Source of the DNA: Octopus sinensis
Lineage: Eukaryota
DNA length: 64,000 nt
Assembly (NCBI RefSeq): GCF_006345805.1
Contig: NC_043016.1
Coordinates: 24,304,001 to 24,368,000 of the forward strand
Direction: 5' to 3'
A program made the translations under genes and the position numbers. The notes under the pieces were generated by a model, which saw nothing but the letters and a program-made list of their open reading frames with translations, did not search any database and was not told where the DNA came from. This document shows positions 53,816 through 64,000 of this stretch, piece by piece (the stretch's first letter is position 1; each line of letters begins with the position of its first letter).

Positions 53816-54331
53816 GTTTCAGTGTCATTATGCTTCATCAGCTATGGACACTGATTCAGTCATTTATAGCCCACTAAGAACTACTGTTCTTTTTGTAAAC
53901 TGCAAATAAAAATTTTGCTGGCCTAAAAAAAGCTTTGTCTCACTTGAATTAATTAAAAGTCATTTATATTTAACACATTCATGTACACTCAAATGTAGAA
54001 AAATCTTCCCAACAGAAACTGTCTCAAATTCTCCTTACAGACCATGTATATGAAAACACACCAAACTGGGTTACAACTGACATCATAGGACTGTCAAATA
54101 TGAGTTTATGCAGTCCTTGTGCTTCATCAGACACTGACGCTGAATCTTGCCATTATTTTAGTCATCACTGATTATTGTACCTTTAATATATTCCAGCTTA
54201 ACAAAGTTTTGCACGCACCAGCAAATTTATTATTTGCTCTTTACATATAATATAAAGGAAAAGTCATTCTTAGTGAGCTATGAATAACAGATTCAGTGTC
54301 TGAAGTTGATGAAGCATAATGACAGAGAAAC
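53816..54331. mobile_element. Old MITE-like inverted repeat pair
   Basis: 53816-53880 is a diverged reverse complement of 54267-54331. Confidence 0.55.
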
Positions 54332-54733
54332 TAAAGTCCTTAATAACACCATTCAAAGGCCAGCTTGGTGTGTTTGTATATGCTATCTATAAAGAATTCC
54401 TTCTCCAAGACAATTATCTCAGTAAAGTTTTTTCCACATTTGAATGTACACAAGCATGCTAAATACACTTGTACACAATTATACTTTAATCATTGCTACT
54501 AAACATGCATTTAAACAATGAAAGTTACTGTTTCCAATATCACACCATATTTATTGATGATATTCTGTCTTTTGTGTTTACTGAAACAATCTTATTTTGA
54601 ATGTTTTAGCTTATTATTATAGTTTATAAAGCATTAATTTAGTTTATAAAGCTGTAATCAACACATACTTTCTTCAGCAATGTGGAATCATTCTTATAAT
54701 TCTTATAATTTAAATTTATATCCACTTGGTATT

Positions 54734-54821
54734 TTACTGAAAAAATCTCATTGAATAGAAATCAGAGAATAATAGAAAAGCAAAATGCAAAAACTTAATG
54801 AAAAGCACGTAATTTCTAAAC
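54734..54821 (-). CDS. Candidate alternative terminal exon, (R)FRNYVLFIKFLHFAFLLFSDFYSMRFFQ*
   Basis: tattttctactttgagcag|G acceptor, phase 2, 28 codons; could be chance in T-rich DNA. Confidence 0.2.
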
Positions 54822-55074
54822 CTGCTCAAAGTAGAAAATAAAGCTATATTTTCAAATTGCTTATAACTAACTACAACTGCTAAACCATAATACAGTATAT
54901 AAATACAGATAGAGAGGGCATACAATGATGACCTAACCAACTTTACTTCAAAGATAAAACAGGATTGTATACATTTGTCTTAATCAGTTAATAATCATTT
55001 ACCTTTATACTGTAGATTTACTCATGTAGAGCGAACCAAATTAAAATATACAATGAGAAAAAAATACAAATTAT

Positions 55075-55400
55075 AGACAGCAGTTGAGATGTTGGACAAA
55101 AGAGATGTTCTAGAAAGGGGCAAGTGCAGAGACATCAATTCACTAAACAAAGCTATGAGACTGTAGACAGGTTTGTAGAGCAGCTAGTCAGGAAGAGAAT
55201 TAACTTGGATGAGATGCAGTTTGGATTTGTGCCAAGGTAAAGAACTACCAGTGCTATATTAATGAAATAATTACAGGAGATGTTATTACTAATCAGCAAG
55301 CCAACTTAAAATTCATTAACCTGGAGAAAGCCTTTGAAAAAATAACACAGACTGATCACTAAGGAAACTGAGTGCAGATGAAAGTCTTGTGACACCCTTG
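55075..55400 (+). mobile_element. RTE reverse transcriptase fragment
   Basis: DVLERGKCR..EQLVRKRINLDEMQFGFVP..TTSAI. Confidence 0.75.
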
Positions 55401-56344
55401 CAATACATGCATAGGAATGATGCTAGAGAAGTATGTGTAATCATATTTTGATGCAAAATTCATTTACTTAAGATGCTACTCTACAACATTAAGCAATAAT
55501 TTTCTCTCCAATGTTTTTAAGAAATAAAAATGCAAAATACACACTTCATCTGTCTGTACAATAATGAAGTGGCTGTGTGGTAAGAAGCTTGCTTCCCAAC
55601 TACATGGTTCCAGATTCATTCCCTCTGTGTGGTACCTTGGGCAAGTGTCATCTACTAAAGCCTCAGGCCAACCAAAGGTTTGTGAGTAGACAGAACTGAA
55701 AGAAGTGTATGTATATATGTATATATATATATGTACACACATGCATGCATGCTTCTTTGTGAGTGTCTTGTAAAACCAAAACTTGACCAGAGTTTCTTCA
55801 TAACAAATACTTACTCTCCATTACATTTTATTTTTAATCAATTTAAATTCCAGAATTACTCATTAAAATAAATGGGTTCTTTTTTTGCTCACTATGCCAG
55901 CTATATTAGCACCCATATTACAGTTAGGTTTACATGAAGCTGACATACCCAGGTATTCACCCATCACTAGTCATACATGGTAGGTTTTTTTTTTTCTCAA
56001 ACTCTGATTTGCGGAGTTGAATGCATCTGCTCTGACACAGTCAACTAAGATAATATTACTTTTATAGATGTGACAATCCTAGAAAATAATCTTAATTCTT
56101 TTGATGCCAACCTATTTGAAACTGGTATCTACTATAAAAGTTCCAATCTATAGTGATCTAAACTGAAACCTGCTAACATAATTTCATGAACATTTATGTT
56201 CCAAATATCAGCTTAATGATAACAAAGTGTACCAAATTCATTATTTCCAAAATTAATTGAAATGAAGGCAATGTTTTTCAACAGAAATATCAAAGAATTA
56301 CAAAGAAAACAGCAGTAGAAAAATTGGGAAAGAAAGCATTATAA

Positions 56345-56690
56345 AGAGTGCTGAGACCCCCTTCGGTCATGACTGACCATGGGATTGCACCTAGAAAGTT
56401 ACTTCTCCAGCACAAGTCCGGGCAAGGTTGTTTATGGAAGACCAGCAGTTGCCCATGCATACCGGCCTCCCCTCTCTATGCCACCATTGTTATCCAAGGG
56501 AAAGGCAAAGGCTGATACAGCTTGGCACCTGTGACAACACAACTCATTTCTACAGCTGAGTGAACTGGAGCAATGTGAAATAAAGTATCTTGCTCAAGAA
56601 CACAACACGCAGCCCAGTGCAGGATTCAAACTCACAACCTCACAATCGTAAGCTCGACACTCTAACCACTGAGCCTAGCGCCTTCACTCT
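56345..56690 (-). mobile_element. tRNA-derived SINE
   Basis: Head GGCGCTAGGCTCAGTGGTTAGAGTG..GAGTTTGAATCC, then the conserved body TCTTGAGCAAGATACTTTATTTCACATTGCTCCAGTTCACTCAGCTG. Confidence 0.8.
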
Positions 56691-57129
56691 AAAGAGTGAT
56701 AGCTAGATAAATAAGGTAGGTGGGAGATTGTCAGAGTGCAAGTCAGTCAACAGATTGTGAGAAAGGATGTCAAGTGAAAAGAGTAAAATATAAAGTGGGA
56801 TGATGGAGTGAGAGAAGAGACAGTGTTAAATGTGACAAAAGGAGAAGAGATGTACAGCACAACAATAAAGAGGAAGAAATTGGTAATGTGAGGCAAGAGA
56901 GAGAAAAACAAAACAAAACAATATGGACTATATGTGTGAATCAATGAAAATAATAATGGGGAGTGAATGGAGGTACAGAGGATAAAGATGTCAAGGCTGA
57001 ACAAAGAAAAAGTTTGAAGCAAAAACATGAATTTCTAAAAGTGGGCCGAAATAAATCCCATTATTTTTGACAGATACTACAACAAAAATTAATCAGTATC
57101 CTAATTTTCTCATCCTGCTGCTATTGGAA

Positions 57130-57235
57130 TCAGTGAAAGTAATAGAGCACTGCAGATACCACAAGCATGCTGTAATCACCAGTAAATTGTAACCACCAAT
57201 AATTGAGGAAACTGGTGTCACTAAAATTGGAAAAC
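57130..57235 (-). CDS. Candidate alternative terminal exon, (R)FSNFSDTSFLNYWWLQFTGDYSMLVVSAVLYYFH*
   Basis: gagtttatcatag|G acceptor; 34 codons in phase 2 (phase 1 is also open); locally higher GC. Confidence 0.3.
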
Positions 57236-58062
57236 CTATGATAAACTCATGATAGAAGAGGGGAAAAAAATTTCAATAGGTTTTTTTTTTTAAAGTGGTG
57301 TAAACAAAGATATTAAAAAATGGTTTATTGTGAATGTCTTCAGTAACGTAACTTATTTTTAAATAATTAGTATTTCTCATGACAAAGACAAATGATAAGG
57401 ACACTTTTTTTTCATCAGCAACAAAAGATCAAAAGAACTAGATAATAAATACAAATAAAAATTCAACAAAACAACAACAAAACAATCTACAAAGAAACAT
57501 CTGAAATTAAATAATAAATGGATAAAACTAAGAAATCCAGCAAACTGCAGAAACCAGCTCTAACAAATGAAATGAGAAACAAAACTGAAACCAAGGAAAT
57601 AGGCAAATATACAAGCCTTTTGTTCATAAGTCCTAGAGTTGCAGATTAAGAAAAAAGAAAAGAAAAATACGAAATGTGTGTATATTGTTTTTTCTATTAT
57701 TTTTAAAGGCTTTCACTGTATGTGCATATACACACTTACATATACATGCCTAGTATTTTACAACTAACTTCAATGTATAACAAGCAACTTTCATGTCATA
57801 CATAAACGATATCTGAATACTTAAATGCTCGAGCAAATATACTAATAGCACTGCTATTATTTTATTTATTTACTTGGTTAATATATATAATCAATATCTA
57901 AAAAACAAATACTTTGAGTTGTTGGTCTGCAAATGCAAAAATACATATCATTATGGGATATTTATGAAATTATTAAATAACTAGCTTATACATGATTGGT
58001 TCAATAAACACCTGACCTGCACTGAAATATACTGATACGCAATTTATAGCAGAAAAAGCCAC

Positions 58063-58109
<47 letters not shown>

Positions 58110-59060
58110 TCTCATCATCATCATCATTTAACAGTTGTTGTCCATGCTGGCATGGGTTGGAGAGTTTGACTAGCACTGGGGAACTGGAAGACTGCACCAG
58201 AGTCCAGTCTGATTTGGCATAGTTTTCCTAACACCAACCACTCCAAGAGTGTAATGGGTGCTTTTACATGCCACCAGTATCTGCCATGACTGTGATTTTG
58301 CTCAGCTTGATGGGTCTTCTCAAGCATGATGTAATGTCAAAGGACTCAGTCATTGCCTCTGTGAGGCCCAACACTTGAGAGGAACTCAGCCACTTTGCTT
58401 CCGAGAGGCCCAATGTTCGAAGTGTGCTTTTTACGTACCACCGGCACGGGTGCCAGTTATGTGACACCAACATCGGCCATGACTATGATTTCACTTGGCC
58501 TGATGGGTCTTCTTAAGCACAGCATATTGCCAAATGTCTCGGTCACTAGTCATTGCCTCTGCGAGGCTCAAAGTTCAAAGATCATGCTTCACCACTTCAT
58601 CCCATGTCTTACTGGGTCTACCTCTACCACAGGTTCCCTTCACACTCTTCATTTCTTTCAATCTTACCCATGTCCTATGCAGTCACAGCCCATGTTTCAC
58701 TGACATGTAGCATGGCTGTTTGCACACAGGCATCATACACTCCACCTTTCAATCTGAGAGAGAGGCCCTTAGTTGCCAGCAGAGGTAGGAGCTCTCTGAA
58801 GTTTGCCCAGCCTAATTTTATTCTCACAGCTATGATCTTGGAGCATCCCCTCCACTAATAACTTGGTCACCTAGATAACAGAAGCTATCTACTACCTCTA
58901 GCTTACCTCACTGGCAATTGATGGAGTCTATTTTCTGCACATGGGAAAGCTAGTTTCCCTGTTAACCTTTCTCTGATATTGTTGCACCTCTTATGTGTCC
59001 CTAACTTACATCGGATACATCTTATGGAGTTTCTACGCCTTTTCTACAGATTGAGTAGGG
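58110..59060 (-). mobile_element. 5'-truncated RTE LINE with 3'UTR and (GAT)n tail
   Basis: RNSIRC..THKRC..LEVVDSFCYLGDQV..GWANFRELLPLLATKGLSLRLKG..GRGRPSKTWDEVVKHDL..DRDIWQYAVLKKTHQAK*; shows that the common (CAT)n-tailed repeat in this window is an RTE 3' end. Confidence 0.9.
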
Positions 59061-59113
59061 CCATCTACTTGCAGGCATCTCATTTGTCTACCTTCTTACT
59101 TACTAAGACTTTG

Positions 59114-59221
<108 letters not shown>

Positions 59222-59222
59222 T

Positions 59223-59530
59223 GAAGGCACATGGCTTAGTGGTTAGGGCATTCGGCTTGCCAGTTTGATTCCCGGTGGCACATTGTGTCCCTGAGCAAGA
59301 TACTTTATTTCACAGTACTCTAGTCCACTCAGCTGGCAAAAAAGTGAATAGTACCTGTATTTGAAAGGTCCAGCCTTGTTACACTCTGTGTCACGCTGAA
59401 TCTCCCTGAGAACTACATTAAGGGTACACATATCTGTGGAATGCTCAGCTACTTGCACGTTCATCTCACAAGCAAGCTGTTCCGTTGATCATATCAGCTG
59501 GGACCCTCGTTGTAACTGATGGAGTGCTTC
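59223..59530 (+). mobile_element. tRNA-derived SINE
   Basis: GGCACATGGCTTAGTGGTTAGGGCATTCGG..GTTTGATTCCC head (A/B-box-like); homologous to 8400-8722. Confidence 0.8.
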
Positions 59531-59567
<37 letters not shown>

Positions 59568-61930
59568 ATTATATATATATATATATATATGCACAACTAC
59601 AAATTGAAAGTAGCTCTAGTAATATCAACAACATTGGCCACACATCCAAAGTGTACATGTTTTGTTTATATGATCATTTGCTGAGGGATAGCATCTAAGG
59701 AATGCTCCCTACATGATACTGAGTGTTAAAGATCACTAAGTGTCCCAGACTAGATGACCGAGCTCGCCACAGATGACTGAGAATGGTAAATACCAATATT
59801 TCACTATCACTGTGGCTTTTCAATATTATGCACTTGGATCACCTCAAAACAAAATTAATTGCCAGTCTAGGACTTATATACATATAGAGTGAAGTCTATT
59901 CGCTGATGTGCTGCAACATCATCATCATTATTATTATTATTATTATTATAGCACACCTGATACAAAATTAAATTAGGAATTAAAAGCATCTCTAGTAATG
60001 TAAAGATTAAAAATCACACACACATACATAGTGAATGTGTTTTGCTTATATGCATGGAAGAGCATACAGAGAAAGCTTCCTACATGACACTGTATCCCAC
60101 AATAATGACAAAATATTGGTATCTACTTTTCTCAGTCATCTGAGACAAGTTGTCTCGCTTAGTCTGGGACAGAAAGTGAACAAAAATATATAATACTGTA
60201 CTAAGGACTATTTCTAATTCTACCTTGTGCATGTGTGTATATGTGTGCATGCACACATGCATATACACACAAAGATGCAGGCATAACTGAGGTTGAGAAG
60301 TTCATTTCAGAACCATGCAGTATGGGATTCCATCCCAATGTGCAGTGCCTTGAACCAATGTCTATAACCTAAAGTTGTCAATACTTTGGGAGCAAAACTG
60401 GCAAATGGAATCTGTATGGAAGGCTGTTATGTGTATGCACATACACACACACACACAATTTTCCACGCTTAGTCAGGACTTATCTGAGGCAACATTTTAC
60501 AGCTTGATGCTGGTCCTGTTGCCCTTATGCCTTTTCCAAGACAGAGACTTTTTTTTTTAATATTCCATAAGTCTCTAAAAGCACAGAATGAATGGTCTTA
60601 AGGATACCCAGAAAAATACACATTATATATGTAGGGAGAATATCAAAACATTAAGTATTCAATACTTAAAAAGGGAGAAAAAAAAAGAGGAAAGACAATC
60701 TTTGAAGAACTTTCACTTACATAGAGATAATTCCTCACTATTTACAATTGTAAAATATTGGAGTAATGAAGTCAAAAGTAGAAGAAAATGGAGAAAACCC
60801 AATCAACTACAATAAATCCAAGAATTTATTAAGGATTCTTCAGTAATACTTTTAGAGAAAAGGACAGCAAACTGTTGTCCAATTATTTCCCTAGTGGGAT
60901 ATAATATTAATTCAATTTTATCTCTTTGGTCTTGTGATATGCCATCAGGAATGTGATTATATAAAGAAATAATGCCTATCTTTTACTTTTTTCACTGGAC
61001 CACTGTTCTTACTAGACCACAGCTATGAATAAAAATATATAATACTGTACTAAGGACTATTTCTAATTCTATTACGGTGCATCAGCATGGCTGCAGCTCT
61101 GAGCTGAAACAAGAAAAACGAAATCAACTCCAGTACTTATTTTTAAGCTTGGTAACTATTTCTATTAGTCTCTTTTCCAGGAGCACTAACTTACAGGCAT
61201 GTAAACACACCAATACAGGTTATCAAGTGGTGGTGAGGGACAAACACAAAAGATACACATACATGATGCCATGTAAAAAGCATCCAGTCCACACTGTAAA
61301 GTGGTTGGCATTTGGAAGGGTATCCAGCCATAAAAATCATGCCAAAACTAACCTTGCCTGTGCTACTGCCATGTAAAAAGCACCAAGTCCATTTTGCAGA
61401 ATGGTTGGTGTTAGGAAGAGCATCCAGCTATAAAAACGCTGCCAAAACAGAAACATTAACCTGGGGTAGTCTTCTACCTGGCCGGCTTCTGTCACCTATC
61501 CTACCCATGCATGCATAGAAGACAGACATATGATGATGATGATGATATATATATGTAGGATCTACAGACATTGGGACTAACAGAGGGGATGACGGGGGAC
61601 CAAGACTCCTGACAGTTTGCTGTGCATGAAAAACACATCAAGCTAAGTAAAAGCATGGTTGCCCTTGCATACAGGCTCACCCACTGCAACCCTCTCCAGC
61701 TGAGTATCCCTAATCTCATGAGCTTGTAGGTGCTGGTGCCATGTAAAAAGCACCCATGCTGGTATTGTGCATAAAAGTACCCAGTACACTCTATAAAGTG
61801 GCTGCCATTAGGAAGGGTGTCCAGCTGTAGAAATCATAAATCATGTCAAAACAGACAGGGAGCCTGAACAGCTACTGTTAAACAGCATGGAAAACGGAGA
61901 TTAAATGATTACATTATATATATATACATA

Positions 61931-63553
61931 CAGGGGCGCCATTTAATTTAAGAACACTAGTATACTAGTGTTAAAATGGCATTTTATATATATTCAAGTT
62001 GTAAATTGTGAATTAAGATGTATAACAAAATAAAGAAACTTTCACGGGCTTTAATATGGTATACAACTTCACAGTTTGACATCAACGTATTAATTTTAAA
62101 TTAAAAATAAATCTTAATTATCGAAATTTATAGCGCCATTTGATTTAAGAACATTTTGTAAAATTTCTTTTTTTTTTTGGCTTTAAACATTTATTCTGAG
62201 ATCAACAAAATAACAATCAGTATTTGGTTGGTTATCTAAAATTACTCAATACAGTTTTGCACCTGCAAAACATAAAATTGTTCAGATCATTTATCACTGT
62301 TCCTGAGATTTTTTCCTAATTTTGGTTAATAATGTTTAAAAAAATCATCCTTATTCTTTGGCTTACTATTTTGCACAGCTCTACCCAAACTTTCCCAAAG
62401 ATATTTGATGGGATTTAGGTCAGGTGACTGTGCTGGCCACTGCATCAACCAAACTCTCTTAGACCTAATATAATTTCTGACTAGGTGCAAAGTGTGTTTC
62501 GGGTGGCTGTCATGCTGGAAGGTCCAAGATTGGCCCAAATGCTTTCGGGCTTATGAAAGCATAGTCTTAACCAATACTTCTAGATAGGACTATACATAAT
62601 GCTATTGATTCAGATTATAGGACCGACACCTTTTTCAGACATGCACCCCCCACACCATCACGCTTCCAGCACCATGCTTAGATGTAGGCTGGATGCATTC
62701 TGGATGATATTCTTCGCCCATATGCATTCTTACATACTTCTTGCCATCAGTGCTGAACAAGTTGAACTTTGACTCGTCCGACTACAATACATTCGACCAA
62801 TCTGCTGGACTCCAATACAAGTGCTCTTTTGCGAACTGTATTCGGGCACGTCGATCTTTCAAAGAAATGTATGGCTTTTTGCAAGAGACTCTTCCAAGAA
62901 GTCCAAATTCTTTGAGACGGTTTTTTATGGTGGATACTCCAATAGTAAGTCCATATTTTTGTTGAATTTCTTTTTAAATGTCAACAGCGGTCATTTTCCT
63001 TTTTTTTTTTTTTTTAGGGACAGTCTGTGAATGTATCTATCCATTCTTGCTGTCGTTTTTCTTGGCTGCCCAGAAAGAGCAGTCTTTATAATCATTACTT
63101 TCTTTATAAAAATGGACAGCATTGTAGACAGCTGTTTTAGAGGGTCCAACTTCATTTGAAATAGTTTTATATGACCATTTCAGCCTACTAAGCTGAAAAA
63201 CACTCGCTCTGATTTCTGGTGTTACGTTTTGTCTCTTACCCAGCACAACTATTAAATAACTTAAAAATTGCAACAGCATGCAAATTAGCCTACCTTTATA
63301 TTAGTCAATAAGGCAAAAAAACGAAATTTTGCAAATCATTCTTAAGTGGCGATGTAAAATATGCAAAATGAAGTTTATTTTTAATCTAAAATTAATATGT
63401 TAATGTTATGCTGTAAAGTTGTATACCATATTAAAGCTCATGAAATTATCTTTATTTTGACATATATTTTAATTCACAATTTACAACTTGAATATATAAA
63501 AATGCCATATTAACACTAGTATACTAGCGTTCTTAAATTAAATGGTCCAACTG
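61931..63553 (-). mobile_element. Full-length (1623 bp) decayed Tc1 element, IR/DR type, DD34E class
   Basis: TA|CAG..CTG|TA; TIRs about 220 bp; minus-strand transposase remnant (GKRQNVTPEIRASV.., SDESKF, FQHDSHPKHT..WPAQSPDLNPIK: 34 residues after D, E replaced by K); frameshifts. Confidence 0.92.
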
Positions 63554-63555
63554 TA

Positions 63556-63626
<71 letters not shown>

Positions 63627-64000
63627 ATAAGCTTCTTTTAAGTTTCACTACCAAATCCACTCACAACGCTTCGGTTGGGCCAGGGGTGCAGCAGAAGTCA
63701 CCAGACCAAGTGCCACGCAATGGGACTAAACCAGGAACAATGTGGCTGAGAAGCAAAATTTATCACACAGTCATACCTGCACCTATGTGTATATTTATTC
63801 ACTTATTTATCTTTCAGGTCAAGTACTTATTGAATTAATGAGGTGTATAACTAGTGCTGCTTGGAAAATTCCAAACTATTGAAAATAGCTCAAAATATCA
63901 AACTAACCATTAAAATAAACTATATCTTATTACCAAAACTATATTTTCTTACCAAACACCATGCAAAATGCTAAATGAAACTAAATTTTATATTACACCT

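Noticed and set aside
57973-58022. Candidate exon AGQVFIEPIMYKLVI*
   Set aside because: A similar sequence occurs inverted at about 63815-63855, so it is a dispersed repeat.
59223-59300. tRNA gene
   Set aside because: tRNA-like heads here and at 8400, 47630 and 56690 continue into SINE bodies and do not form full cloverleaves.
60720-60815. Consensus donor gtaagtg at 60720 with upstream possible exon
   Set aside because: All frames from the nearest acceptor contain stops; no B56 similarity.

Overview
Eukaryotic, AT-rich, microsatellite-dense DNA whose SINE/LINE content looks like an octopus (cephalopod) genome; the organism is inferred, not database-confirmed. The only host gene I can firmly recognise is on the minus strand: the terminal coding exon (39248-39394) of a PP2A B56/B' regulatory subunit of the gamma/delta class ([38 protein letters not shown]). 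Its conserved core exons were not found and probably lie beyond position 64000. Several further minus-strand 3' splice sites, spread over about 47 kb, are followed by short open frames in the same phase (2) ending in a stop, suggesting (low to moderate confidence) a battery of alternative C-terminal exons. The rest is decayed transposable elements: a 6.3 kb Helitron starting 183 bp from the exon's acceptor, an IR/DR-type Tc1, a deleted mariner, a piggyBac nested in a SINE plus related MITEs, pogo, Gypsy, Copia, RTE and R4/Dong-like remnants, two Penelope fragments each carrying a decayed minimal hammerhead ribozyme, many SINEs, and a dense cluster of long palindromes at 50.8-52.6 kb. No rRNA, true tRNA or CRISPR.
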